A DNA stretch of 64,000 nt, taken from the NCBI GenBank assembly GCA_027334565.1, contig DAHWUP010000003.1, positions 31,961 through 95,960 of the forward strand, read 5' to 3'. Of the stretch, positions 1-10,083 are shown piece after piece. The position numbers and the translations under genes were made by a program. Under the pieces are notes generated by a model that saw only the letters and a program-made list of their open reading frames with translations, searched no databases and was not told the DNA's origin. Origin of the DNA: Candidatus Levyibacteriota bacterium (GTDB lineage: Bacteria; Patescibacteriota; Microgenomatia; Levybacterales; UBA12049). Each line of letters starts with the position of its first letter. Positions within the stretch are counted from its first letter, which is position 1.

Positions 1-810
1 AGAATAGAACAAAAACAGCGAATAAAAGAGTATTAAAGATAATTTTATGTCTGTGGCGGTGATTTTTTTTAGTATCAATTTGAGCGTGTAGATCAACAAC
101 AAATAAACGTTTATCATTAGCGTGTAATAGATGAACATATTTTTAGAAAGTAAAAATTTGATCCAAGCCACCAATTTAATACTTTTTGGAATCTGATTAA
201 AGATATCAGGTAAGTTTTGACCGTTTGGTGTATTGATTCCGGAAAAATCCGTTAAGACCTGTTTGGTAACCGACAGATAACCTGATAACCAGCCTTCTAC
301 CCCGGCCCAGAAAATAAAAACCAATGCGACAAGTACCAAGCCCAAAGACAGTTTTGTTATTTGTAAGATATGAACAGTTTTACTCTTCGAGTAAAAAATT
401 TTTACGATATAATAAAAATAAGTAAGCAATATAGTGAAAATGCCTATTTCGGGACTAACCAGGAAAGCCAGGCCATTAAATATGCCTGTAGCAAAGGCAA
501 TCAGTTTACTATTGCTTCGAATCGATAATATTAAAAAATACAAGATCAAAAATCCCAACGCCTGCCTTAAAATCATTATCGGTAGAAGAATTAGCATTAT
601 GTTCATGAGATATCTTCCTACTCGCTTAAGACCGATCTCAAGCATTAAAATATTTGTCACAATAATCCCGAATATACTTCCTAAGATAATATAAATCCTG
701 ACCAAAAAAACAGAAGGACTGAATAATTTGAATAAAAGATATAAAGGGTAGACAAACAAAGGACCGTAAGTTATATAAATATCTCTAAACATCAATTTGC
801 CATGTAGCAT
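1..810 (-). CDS. Polytopic membrane protein, 5'-partial in window (continues past position 1); possible GT-C-type glycosyltransferase or polymerase of the glycosylation locus
   Basis: I reverse-complemented 1-840 by hand and found a stop-free frame from the ATG at 810-808 to the window edge (more than 270 codons). The product is very hydrophobic with many predicted TM helices. It lies directly downstream of the Dpm1-like GT2. The ORF track omits it, apparently because its stop lies outside the window. Confidence 0.4.
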   Translation of the reverse strand, partial: MLHGKLMFRDIYITYGPLFVYPLYLLFKLFSPSVFLVRIYIILGSIFGIIVTNILMLEIGLKRVGRYLMNIMLILLPIMILRQALGFLILYFLILSIRSNSKLIAFATGIFNGLAFLVSPEIGIFTILLTYFYYIVKIFYSKSKTVHILQITKLSLGLVLVALVFIFWAGVEGWLSGYLSVTKQVLTDFSGINTPNGQNLPDIFNQIPKSIKLVAWIKFLLSKNMFIYYTLMINVYLLLIYTLKLILKKITATDIKLSLILFYSLFLFYS

Positions 811-935
811 CTGATTTGCCCAAGCGGCGAATTGGCCTTCGTCGATCACATTGATATCACCGAAAAAAGGACTTAAGGTCTGGGCCGAACCTACCATGAA
901 AGCCAATATGCAAAATATGACTATCTCGAAAAAAA

Positions 936-1946
936 TTATCTTTTTTTGAGCTTTAATAATGTCCATATGCTCCAAAAAATCAAAGAAACGATGAAATTAA
1001 ACATGAGAAAGGTATACAAGAAATAATAATCCTGCTGTTTCGGATAATTGTATTCCGTAAGCCAGTTTATGGCAGATGTCGCGGGAATTTTAAATTTAAA
1101 GTTAAATATCATTAAGATGAACGAATAAATCAGTGAGGAGGTAATTAATGCAAACGACATGAATATCATATGCTCCGGTATGCTTATATTTTTTGAGGCT
1201 TGAGTTCTCCAATACCCGAACCTTGATAGCGGTAAAACTATTGAATAGGCCTTGAGATATTTTGGAAGCCATCGTAAAAGTTTGAAATTTGACTTTCCGG
1301 CCGGACGATCGTACCAAACCGTAGGGATTTCACCTATTTTATAACCCTTTTTAAACGCCTTCAGTGTTATTTCCAGAGAATATTCAAAACCACCGGTGCT
1401 TTCGATCTGAATTTTTTCAAGAAGAGTTTTGCGGTACATTTTAAAAGCATTAGTGGCGTCATGCGTCGGAAGTTTGAAAAGATAATGCAGGGTAAGACCG
1501 GCAGTTTTTGAAAGAAAAGTTTTAAGCATTGGTCCTCCAATCTTCTTTCCGCCTTTCATGTATCTTGAACCGCAGATAATATCATAGCCCTGGCTAATTT
1601 TTTTATACATTTTGTCGATGTCCGAAAGATCATCCGAAAGATCCGCCATTACCGCAACAACCGCTTTGCCTCTGGCCTTGAAGAATCCGGTTTTAATAGC
1701 ATTGGTTACTCCGCGACCGTTACCGGTAGAATTCTTGGCCAATAAAATGTTTTTGCTTTTTGAAGAAATAAGATATTTTTTGACTACGGAAACTGTAGGA
1801 TCATTTGTTTGGTCATAAATAATAAATACCTCGTAAGAATTTTTCACCTTATCTGTTATTTGTCGCAATAATTCGATAATAGTTTTTTCTTCGTGAAATA
1901 CGGGTATGACTATTGATATGATGGGATTATATCGCGCCATTTTCAA
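936..1946 (-). CDS. GT2 glycosyltransferase, polyprenyl/dolichyl-phosphate sugar synthase (Dpm1/GtrB/ArnC-like) with C-terminal TM segment
   Basis: The N-terminus IISIVIPVFHEEKTI..IIYDQTNDPT plus a DxD-like motif are typical of the GT-A fold of GT2. The C-terminal ~100 aa is hydrophobic. Confidence 0.8.
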   Translation of the reverse strand: MKMARYNPIISIVIPVFHEEKTIIELLRQITDKVKNSYEVFIIYDQTNDPTVSVVKKYLISSKSKNILLAKNSTGNGRGVTNAIKTGFFKARGKAVVAVMADLSDDLSDIDKMYKKISQGYDIICGSRYMKGGKKIGGPMLKTFLSKTAGLTLHYLFKLPTHDATNAFKMYRKTLLEKIQIESTGGFEYSLEITLKAFKKGYKIGEIPTVWYDRPAGKSNFKLLRWLPKYLKAYSIVLPLSRFGYWRTQASKNISIPEHMIFMSFALITSSLIYSFILMIFNFKFKIPATSAINWLTEYNYPKQQDYYFLYTFLMFNFIVSLIFWSIWTLLKLKKR

Positions 1947-2946
1947 TTTGGGTTTTTATCCAGGGTATGACCTCGTCCAGAATCTGCTCCAAGCTTGTTT
2001 TTGCTTCGAATCCAAGAATTCTTTTGGCCTTCGAAGTATCAGGCACTCTTTTTTGCACGTCATACGTATAAGGCTTATCGGAAACGTATTTGAACGGATT
2101 TTTTTGGTCGGTTTTTTCCCAGATAAGTTTAGCCAATTCCAATACGGTTGTGGATTTATTTGTTGAAAGATTGAAATCTTCATTCAATGCTTTTTTGGAA
2201 AATACCGCCAGTTTTATTCCCTCTGCGAGATCTCCGCCGTAGGTATAATGTCTGATCTGGTTGCCATTGCCTAAGATATGAAGAGGGTATTGGCCCTTTA
2301 ATGCCTTTTGAACGAGATCCGGAACGACATGGCTCATGGCTAGGTTGATATTTCCGCTTTTTATTTCTTTTCCGGTGATAGCTCTTGCTTCGCCTATCCC
2401 GACGCAGTTGAACGGCCTAACAACGGTATAAGGCAGCCCGTATTGTTCGTATGCTCCTTTGGCAAAGTATTCGGTTGCAAGTTTTTGGAATCCGTATGTG
2501 GATTTAGGGGGAGGGGAAGTAAGTACGGCGGATTCGGGGGTAGGGAACCGATCGACGGATTCAAATACCATGCTAGAAGAAACCACAGTTATTTTTTTAA
2601 GCCGGTACTTGTCGTGGGCATATATCGCCGCATCGAAGGTGGATGCGGTTATGCGTTCGTTTTCTGCCAGAAGGTCATAAGCGAGCTCGTGAAAATAACT
2701 TATTCCCCCGATTTTTGCCGCCAATGCTATTAAGTGATCGCAGTCCTTTAAAAGTTCTTTTAAAAGCCTGGTATTTTTTACATCTCCTCTTACAAGTTGG
2801 TAATTTTTATGACTATCATAATTTTTATTGACTTTACCGTATTTTGAGAAGTTATCGATCCCGACAACCTTATGGCCGTCACGTAAAAGATTTTCAACCA
2901 AATATCCACCGATGAAACCGGATGAGCCGGTTACCAATATTTTCAT
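1927..2946 (-). CDS. NAD-dependent nucleotide-sugar epimerase/dehydratase (extended SDR)
   Basis: N-terminal Rossmann motif KILVTGSSGFIGGYLVENLL. The 339-aa length is typical of UDP-sugar 4-epimerase/4,6-dehydratase family members. Confidence 0.85.
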   Translation of the reverse strand: MKILVTGSSGFIGGYLVENLLRDGHKVVGIDNFSKYGKVNKNYDSHKNYQLVRGDVKNTRLLKELLKDCDHLIALAAKIGGISYFHELAYDLLAENERITASTFDAAIYAHDKYRLKKITVVSSSMVFESVDRFPTPESAVLTSPPPKSTYGFQKLATEYFAKGAYEQYGLPYTVVRPFNCVGIGEARAITGKEIKSGNINLAMSHVVPDLVQKALKGQYPLHILGNGNQIRHYTYGGDLAEGIKLAVFSKKALNEDFNLSTNKSTTVLELAKLIWEKTDQKNPFKYVSDKPYTYDVQKRVPDTSKAKRILGFEAKTSLEQILDEVIPWIKTQIENGAI

Positions 2947-4211
2947 TTGCTGTTTCGTAAAAGATTTACCTGGTTTACCGTAAATACCAGTTTATTGATG
3001 CCGAATGTATTCCAAACGTCGCAGATATAAACGTTTTTATTAAGCTTTTTAAGGATTTCGCCGGCTTTATCTTCGTATACTTTATGTCTGGTGGCCACAA
3101 ACAGCACATCAATGCCTTTTAAGGCTTCATTTAAATCGTTTAGTACTTCCTGCTGTGAATACTCCTTTACATATGGGTCATGTAAAACGATTTTGGCGTG
3201 TTCACGGATAAGTGCTTTCCTGATCTTAAAGCTTAACGATTCCCTGATATCATCAACTTCTGGTTTAAATGCAAGTCCTAAGATCAGCACTTTCTTGTTT
3301 TTTAAGTTGATCCTTTCCCTGATTTTTCGGACCAAAAAAAGCGGGAGACTTTCGTTAATCTTCCACGAGGCGGTTATTAGGTCCAGGTATGGATTGTCGT
3401 TGATCAAAAAGAAACCGTCCTTAAAAAGACATGGTCCTGCGGTAAGGCCCGGAAGTGCCAGTCCTCCTCTTTTATAGTCGGTGTTGACGAGATTAACGAT
3501 ATCATGAATATTGCGGTTGAAATGTTCCGCCACTACCATGAATTCGTTCGAAATCGCAAAACTGATATATCGGTACATGTTGGTGAATAGTTTGGCGAGT
3601 TCGGCCGAGGTGGAATCTGTCAACAAACATTTTACACCGAAACTCTCAAAAAATTCCTTTGCTTTGCGGTTTGAATCGTCGCCGATCCCGCCGATAATCT
3701 GAGGGATGGTTTTTGTTTCGGTGATCGATTTTCCCTCAGCAACTCTTTCGGGGCAAAACGCCAGAAAAAGGTCTTTGCCTATTTTGAATTTTGTTTGATT
3801 TTCAAGTTTTTCCTTAACATAAATGGTGGTTCTTGGCGAAACGGTGCTTCTTAGAATTATCAACTGATCTTTTTTAAGAAATGGAAGCATACTGTCAAAT
3901 GCAGCCTCGACCTGGTCTAAAACCGGGTTCATGTTCTCGTCGATAGGGGTTCCGAGGGTCAGAATAATCGTTTTACATTCTTTAATGCTCTCGTAGGAGA
4001 TTGTAGGAAGAAATTTTTTTCCGACATGTTTTTTAAGTAGTTCTGCGCCTTCATCCTTGAAAGGCATTTTTCCTTTAAGTAGCTCATTTATTTTTTCGAT
4101 ATTCCTTCCAATGCCGAAAACCTTATACCCGCTATCGGCCAAAACCAGCGCGAGAGGCAAACCGACCCTTCCAATGCCGATAACCGCAACCGCTTTTTTC
4201 TTCATGTGCAT
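2943..4211 (-). CDS. UDP-sugar/nucleotide-sugar 6-dehydrogenase (Ugd/WecC/Udg family)
   Basis: N-terminal AVIGIGRVGLPLALVLADSGYKV Rossmann fold. Central region shows GLAFKPEVDDIRES. Length 422 aa. Overlaps the epimerase gene by 4 nt. Confidence 0.85.
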   Translation of the reverse strand: MHMKKKAVAVIGIGRVGLPLALVLADSGYKVFGIGRNIEKINELLKGKMPFKDEGAELLKKHVGKKFLPTISYESIKECKTIILTLGTPIDENMNPVLDQVEAAFDSMLPFLKKDQLIILRSTVSPRTTIYVKEKLENQTKFKIGKDLFLAFCPERVAEGKSITETKTIPQIIGGIGDDSNRKAKEFFESFGVKCLLTDSTSAELAKLFTNMYRYISFAISNEFMVVAEHFNRNIHDIVNLVNTDYKRGGLALPGLTAGPCLFKDGFFLINDNPYLDLITASWKINESLPLFLVRKIRERINLKNKKVLILGLAFKPEVDDIRESLSFKIRKALIREHAKIVLHDPYVKEYSQQEVLNDLNEALKGIDVLFVATRHKVYEDKAGEILKKLNKNVYICDVWNTFGINKLVFTVNQVNLLRNSK

Positions 4212-4245
4212 TATTCTAGCATGAAAATGGAGTGAATTAAAGCTT

Positions 4246-4276
4246 ATTTATTAGCCATGGCGGATATTGTATAATC
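4246..4276 (+). promoter_or_regulatory. Candidate extended -10 promoter (TGTATAAT at 4269-4276) for the 4290 glycosyltransferase operon
   Basis: TGnTATAAT match 14 nt upstream of the ATG, in a divergent intergenic region. Confidence 0.3.
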
Positions 4277-4289
4277 GCTTTTATTACCG

Positions 4290-6884
4290 ATGAAAGTGTC
4301 GTTAATTACCACAGTATACAACGAGGAAAATACCATCGATAATTTTCTTAAGTCGGTTTTTGCACAGACAAAACCTCCGGACGAAGTCATTATTGTCGAC
4401 GGCGGATCAACCGATGCAACTCGGTCAAAAATCACAGATTTTCTATCGCGCGTAAAAGATAAGGGCGGATTAGACTTCATAATTCTGGCTAAAAAGGGGA
4501 ACAGGTCCGTGGGGAGGAATGAAGCAATAAGCAAAGCCTCAAATGAAATAGTCGCGATATCTGACGCGGGAAATATCTTGGATAAACATTGGTTGGAGAA
4601 CATTACCAAGCCTTTCCAGAATAAAAAAATAGACGTGGTAGCGGGTTATTATAAAGGATTAGCCAAGAACATTTTTCAGAAGTGTCTTATCCCGTATGTT
4701 TTGGTTATGCCGGATAAAGCCAAAGGAGAGTTTTTGCCTGCTACCCGTTCGATGGCTATAAAAAAATCCGTTTGGAAAAAAGCCGGCAGGTTTGATGAAA
4801 GACTATCACACAACGAGGATTATGCTTTCGCAAACAAATTAAAATCAATTGGGGTCAATATGGTATTCGCCAAAGACGCGGTTGTAAATTGGGTACCAAG
4901 AGGGGATTTAAAATCGTCGTTTGTGATGTTTTTCAGGTTTGCGCTTGGTGATATCGAAGCGAAAATTTTTAGACCCAAAGTTATACTGATTTTCGTCAGA
5001 TATTTTTTGTTATTTTACTTATTATGGTTTTCGTTTGTCTATAAATCTCAAATTTTATTTTCGATAATCGTTTTAGGAATGATGTTGTATTTAATTTGGG
5101 CTGTTTATAAAAATTACAGGTATGTAAAGGATTCCAAAGCTTTTGTAATTTTACCGGTTATACAAATAACAACAGATGTTTCTGTTATGCTGGGTTCGGT
5201 TACAGGTTTTCTGAAAATAATTTTACGTATCAATTATTTAAAGGTAATAAGGTCAAATTTGTACTTATCGATCATTTTATTAATTTACTCGATTGTGATT
5301 CTATCGGGTATAACTTGGGGATTACCGAATGTTAATCATCCTTTTACATACTACATGGACGAATGGCATTTTTTAGTGGCTTTAAAATCGTTTATTAAGT
5401 TAGGTACACCTGGGGTTCCGGGAGGCGCGTATTCACCTATATTTTATCATTTATTAAACGCATTGTTTTTAATTCCATTCACCGTTTTTGGGATAATCCA
5501 TCCGTTTTCCGTAAAATCGTCGGTTACCCAGCTAATCGAGCAAAGACATATTTTTGAAGTACTGCGGCTTACCACCTTAATTTATGGAATTTTAAGTATT
5601 ATTTTTATATATAAAATTACAAAGGAATTCTTTAGCAAGAATTGGTTGATTGGTGTACTTATATTTGTTCTAAATCCACTGTTTATTTTATGGAGTGGTT
5701 GGTATAAGTATGATATTCCGGAACTATTTTGGATCACTTTTTCGATTTATTTATTTTTAAAGTTTTCGATGAATCCAAGCTTTAAAAATCTTTTATTTGC
5801 GGTAATAGTAAGTGCGTTGGCAGTTTCGGTTAAGTTTAGCGCATTACCATTGTTTGGAGTATATATAATAGCGTTTCTTTTATTCTACAAAAAACCCTTA
5901 AAAAATTTAAACAAGTTGTTCACAGGCGTCTTAATTTATGTGGCAGTGTTTTTAATATTTGGATTACCGGATTTATTTTTTAATTCCGCAAGCTATATAG
6001 AGTTGCTAAAAGTAAATCTTCTATCGGTGACAAAAGCTGGAGGATTTAATAATTTGAACATAAATATGCCAGGTTGGCAAATTCTCTTTTTTTTGCATTA
6101 CCCTTCGGTATTTGGATATTTTACATTAGGAGTTTTTATTTTATCTATCATATTTTCATTGGCTTTCATATTACGAAATATTCTCCGCGGCAAATTTGTG
6201 CATGTTAAAACTATAGTTTTTATTTTACTTTCCTTGGCGGGATTTTGCGCAAGTTTAGCCACGCTCGGAATTGGGGCGGCAAATGACAGAATATTGGTTT
6301 TACTACCCTTTATGGCAATAACAGTAAGTTTTGCATTAAATTTTGTTTTACAAAAAGAATATCTTAAAAGTTTAATTGTTGTGGTCTTTGTGATAGGGTT
6401 TTTGCTTCAAGCAATCCAAACAGCTTCATGGCTTTATTTCAAATACGAAACCCCGCTTCAGGAATCATCGAGTATTTGGATAATGAGAAATATTCCTAAA
6501 GGTACATTGATTGGAATCGAAAATATTCCCATATACCAAGGACTTCCTGATATAGCGTTAAAAGAATTTTATACACAACAAAAATATCCGTACGGTGATT
6601 ATTCATATCATTATCAGGTTATTGGCCTTGACACTAAACATTTTCCAGATACCGTAATAGTGACAAGTGGTGAATTAAATACCGAATATTTAAAAAACTC
6701 TCCAAAACAGCAACTTGTTGAAAAATTAAACCGGGAAGGGTTTGAGGATATAAGGAATTTCAAACTGGATACGCGATTTTTCGATATCTTTTCGAACAAA
6801 CTAAATCTTCTTGATTGGAATCTAGTTCCGCAGCCCTCAGAAATTACAATATATGTAAGAGAAGGCAATTTTGCGATTAAATGA
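4290..6884 (+). CDS. Fusion protein: N-terminal GT2 glycosyltransferase domain (~230 aa) fused to a ~600-aa polytopic membrane domain (GT-C/PMT/ArnT-like)
   Basis: The N-terminus reads VSLITTVYNEENTI...VIIVDGGSTDAT, a GT2 signature. The remainder has more than 12 predicted TM helices. It contains YYMDEWHF in an early loop, resembling the DE motif of GT-C enzymes. Confidence 0.75.
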   Translation: MKVSLITTVYNEENTIDNFLKSVFAQTKPPDEVIIVDGGSTDATRSKITDFLSRVKDKGGLDFIILAKKGNRSVGRNEAISKASNEIVAISDAGNILDKHWLENITKPFQNKKIDVVAGYYKGLAKNIFQKCLIPYVLVMPDKAKGEFLPATRSMAIKKSVWKKAGRFDERLSHNEDYAFANKLKSIGVNMVFAKDAVVNWVPRGDLKSSFVMFFRFALGDIEAKIFRPKVILIFVRYFLLFYLLWFSFVYKSQILFSIIVLGMMLYLIWAVYKNYRYVKDSKAFVILPVIQITTDVSVMLGSVTGFLKIILRINYLKVIRSNLYLSIILLIYSIVILSGITWGLPNVNHPFTYYMDEWHFLVALKSFIKLGTPGVPGGAYSPIFYHLLNALFLIPFTVFGIIHPFSVKSSVTQLIEQRHIFEVLRLTTLIYGILSIIFIYKITKEFFSKNWLIGVLIFVLNPLFILWSGWYKYDIPELFWITFSIYLFLKFSMNPSFKNLLFAVIVSALAVSVKFSALPLFGVYIIAFLLFYKKPLKNLNKLFTGVLIYVAVFLIFGLPDLFFNSASYIELLKVNLLSVTKAGGFNNLNINMPGWQILFFLHYPSVFGYFTLGVFILSIIFSLAFILRNILRGKFVHVKTIVFILLSLAGFCASLATLGIGAANDRILVLLPFMAITVSFALNFVLQKEYLKSLIVVVFVIGFLLQAIQTASWLYFKYETPLQESSSIWIMRNIPKGTLIGIENIPIYQGLPDIALKEFYTQQKYPYGDYSYHYQVIGLDTKHFPDTVIVTSGELNTEYLKNSPKQQLVEKLNREGFEDIRNFKLDTRFFDIFSNKLNLLDWNLVPQPSEITIYVREGNFAIK

Positions 6885-7732
6885 GCGTTAGCAGCAAGAA
6901 TTTCGATCAAAATTATTATTTCAATACTTGTTTTGGCAGTGATGAATTTATAAGGAGCAAAGGCCGGGAAATTACCAAGAGAGTGCAAAAGCTTATTGAC
7001 AGCCTTAATCTTTCTAATGAAATGGTAGTGTTGGAAGTTGGTTGCGGCAGGGGCGATACCTCTTTATATATAGCAAAAAAGGTTAAAAGGGTTATCGGAA
7101 TAGATTACTCAAAAGATGCTATTAAAATCGCAAATAAAGTCAAATCCCAAGCAGATCGGAAAACCGAACAAAAACTCAAATTTCTTGTTATGCGGGCGGA
7201 TAAAATGAACTTTAAAGATAACATTTTCGATTTTATAATAATGATAGATACGCTTGATCATTTAAATAAATATGAAGTAGAAAATACGTTTAAGTCGCTA
7301 ATGAGAATGCTTAAGCCGGATGGGAAAATTTTTATTAAAACATGCGCAAACAAAATTCTCTTAGATAAAACCTACAGATACTACATTCATCCGATGAATA
7401 AGGTTTTAACTACATTTGATAAATTTATTAAGGGTATTTATTACGAATCACTTCCTGATGATCCCAGAACCAAAGAAGCTAAGATTCAACACATCAACGA
7501 AGCGGATTATTTTTACATTCGTAAATTAATGCGGAAATACAAACTTAAAGCTGATATCAAAGCCGAGACTGGATTTTTAACAAACAACAAAGGAATAAGA
7601 AGCAAAATCTATAATTTTATCGTAACTTTATATCCGGTTTCCCAATATTTTCCACTTAACGTTTTATTTGCACATGCTTTTCTTATATCGGCCAAGAAAA
7701 ATGACCGGTCTGTAAAAATTCAATATTCTTAG
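6881..7732 (+). CDS. Class I SAM-dependent methyltransferase
   Basis: Motif I VLEVGCGRGDTSLYIAKK. ATGA overlap with the upstream gene. Sits within the glycan locus (possible sugar O-methyltransferase). Confidence 0.75.
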   Translation: MSVSSKNFDQNYYFNTCFGSDEFIRSKGREITKRVQKLIDSLNLSNEMVVLEVGCGRGDTSLYIAKKVKRVIGIDYSKDAIKIANKVKSQADRKTEQKLKFLVMRADKMNFKDNIFDFIIMIDTLDHLNKYEVENTFKSLMRMLKPDGKIFIKTCANKILLDKTYRYYIHPMNKVLTTFDKFIKGIYYESLPDDPRTKEAKIQHINEADYFYIRKLMRKYKLKADIKAETGFLTNNKGIRSKIYNFIVTLYPVSQYFPLNVLFAHAFLISAKKNDRSVKIQYS

Positions 7733-7761
7733 TCGACATGTTATACTTATAAGGCCAGTTT

Positions 7762-8982
7762 ATGGGTTATACAAAAAGTGCGATACAAGGTATTTCGTGG
7801 ATGACCGGACTTCAGACAGTAATACGAATATTTACATTCCTAAAAATTGCGGTTTTAGCAAGGGTTCTAACTCCTAATCAATTTGGTGTTTTCGGAATTG
7901 CAGCATTATTGCTTGCATTATTGGAAATTCTTACAGAAACAGGGATTAATATAATTTTAATTCAATCTAAAGAAACTATCGATAAATATTTGGATTCAGC
8001 ATGGGTAGCCTCAATTATACGAGGCATTATTATTTGCTTAGGGATCGTTATTTCAGCGCCTTTCATTGCATCATTTTTTAATACGCCTCAAGCATTAGGA
8101 ATAATTATATTTATTAGCTTAGCACCATTTATTAAAGGTTTTATAAACCCTGCCGAAATAATTTTCCAGAAGGAGCTTAACTTTAGGACTGAATTTTTAT
8201 TCAGGACTTCGTTGTATTTTATGGATGCATTTGCTGCAATAGTTTTCGCATTAATTACGCATTCAGTCTATAGCCTGGCAATGGGATTGATCGCTTCGGG
8301 ATTACTGGAGGTTATTTTATCGTTTTACCTAATAAAATTAAGGCCAAAATTAAGATTTGAGAAAGAATATTTAAGAGAAATTTTTCACAAAGGTAAGTGG
8401 GTAACCGGTTATAGTATCTTAAATTATTTTGGTGAAAACAGCGACAATATTGTAGTCGGAAGACTTTTGGGTGCAACTCCTTTAGGTATTTATCAAATGG
8501 CATATAGGGTGTCGATTACTCCGATAACTGAGATTTCCGATGTCGTTAATAAAGTAATTTTTCCGGTTTATTCAAAAATAGATGAAGACAGGCAGCGTTT
8601 AAAAAACGCTTTTGTAAAAACTTTTTCGATTAATACTATTGGAACATTTATTCTTGGTTTAATTATCTTTTTATTTCCGAAGGAAATAATAAGCATAGTA
8701 TTGGGTCAGCAATGGGTTAGCGCAACAGATGTGCTCCGAGTGCTGGCAATATTCGGAATTATACGAGCTTTCACGTCTCCGGCATCCGTTGTTTTGCTAT
8801 CTACAATAAATCAAAGATATTTGACCTATATCACTTTTGCTCGACTGATCGCCTTACTTATTTTTATAATTCCTCTTGTATTAAAATTCGGGATAATCGG
8901 CGCTGGCTATGCGCAAATAATATCTACTCTTGCCACTATTCCCGTAATTTTGTATTCGCTAAATAAAATTTTTAAGACCTAA
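7762..8982 (+). CDS. Polysaccharide biosynthesis protein / oligosaccharide flippase (Wzx-like, MOP superfamily)
   Basis: 406-aa polytopic membrane protein with the layout typical of Wzx/RfbX flippases. Its position in the glycosyltransferase cluster supports this. Confidence 0.7.
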   Translation: MGYTKSAIQGISWMTGLQTVIRIFTFLKIAVLARVLTPNQFGVFGIAALLLALLEILTETGINIILIQSKETIDKYLDSAWVASIIRGIIICLGIVISAPFIASFFNTPQALGIIIFISLAPFIKGFINPAEIIFQKELNFRTEFLFRTSLYFMDAFAAIVFALITHSVYSLAMGLIASGLLEVILSFYLIKLRPKLRFEKEYLREIFHKGKWVTGYSILNYFGENSDNIVVGRLLGATPLGIYQMAYRVSITPITEISDVVNKVIFPVYSKIDEDRQRLKNAFVKTFSINTIGTFILGLIIFLFPKEIISIVLGQQWVSATDVLRVLAIFGIIRAFTSPASVVLLSTINQRYLTYITFARLIALLIFIIPLVLKFGIIGAGYAQIISTLATIPVILYSLNKIFKT

Positions 8983-10083
8983 ATGAAAATCGCTATTTTC
9001 CATGAACTGCCGGAAGGCGGAGCCAAATATGCAACAAATAAAATCGGCAGCTTGCTCAAGTCGTTTGGCCATACAGTCGATTTGTATTATGTGGCTGATA
9101 AAGAAGATGATTCAGGGAGTTTGGATTTTAATAGCGTATATTTCTATTGTTTTAAGCCAAAGATCTGGAAAGGGTCGAATTCCAGGACCAGAATATATAA
9201 AGATACCCTGGAGTTATATAAAATTTATAAACTGGACCGTGTGATTGCCAGAGACTTGGATTCCAAACACTACGATTTTGTTTTGGTTAACGCTTCACAG
9301 TTTATTGAATCTCCGTTTATTTTAAGATTTTTAAAAACACGTAAATTTTTTTATGCCCATGACCCCAATTATCGGATAATCTACGAAAAGATACTTGATA
9401 TACCGAAATCTTTAAATATTATAAAGTTTCATTATGAAAAGCTTAACAGGCTTTTAAGGAAAAAGCTTGATAGGGATAACCTTAGTAAAGCGGATCTAAT
9501 TCTTACAAATTCGAAATTTGCCAAAGATGTAATTAATAGAACTTATCATTTAAAAAGTGAAGTTGCTTATTTAGGCGTGAATACAAATTTATTTGTCCCC
9601 GGGGAAATAAATAAAGAACTTGATATATTGTTCGTGGGGACATTTGAGCCGGTTGACGGATACGGTATTTTATCAAAAGCTATAGAATTGATACAAAACA
9701 AACCAAGAGTTTTTGCCGTTCCGGGCAAAGACGATAAAACGTATGATATCGAGGAGATGATTGATTTATATCAAAAAAGTAGGATGGTCGTATGTCTTGC
9801 CGTTAACGAGCCGTTTGGGCTGGTGCCGCTTGAAGCAATGGCTTGCGGGATACCGGTGATAGCGGTTAACGAAGGGGGATATAAAGAAACGGTGGTCGAC
9901 GGGAAAACCGGTTTTTTAATAAAACGAGATGCTTCTTCTCTGGCCGAAAAAATACAAAAACTTTTATCGGATACCAAACTATCCGAGCAAATGGGCAAAG
10001 CGGGGAGAGAAGAGGTTTTAAAAAAATGGACTTGGGAAAAACGGGGACGGGAACTTGAGAAAATTTTGCTATCACACTTATGA
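8983..10083 (+). CDS. GT4 (GT-B fold) glycosyltransferase
   Basis: C-terminal EPFGLVPLEAMACGIPVIAVNEGGYKETVVDGKTGFL is the GT4 signature. Confidence 0.85.
   Translation: MKIAIFHELPEGGAKYATNKIGSLLKSFGHTVDLYYVADKEDDSGSLDFNSVYFYCFKPKIWKGSNSRTRIYKDTLELYKIYKLDRVIARDLDSKHYDFVLVNASQFIESPFILRFLKTRKFFYAHDPNYRIIYEKILDIPKSLNIIKFHYEKLNRLLRKKLDRDNLSKADLILTNSKFAKDVINRTYHLKSEVAYLGVNTNLFVPGEINKELDILFVGTFEPVDGYGILSKAIELIQNKPRVFAVPGKDDKTYDIEEMIDLYQKSRMVVCLAVNEPFGLVPLEAMACGIPVIAVNEGGYKETVVDGKTGFLIKRDASSLAEKIQKLLSDTKLSEQMGKAGREEVLKKWTWEKRGRELEKILLSHL

Noticed and set aside
434-694. 86-aa plus-strand ORF from the track
   Set aside because: It lies antisense within the long open minus-strand membrane-protein frame and is low complexity, so it is likely spurious.
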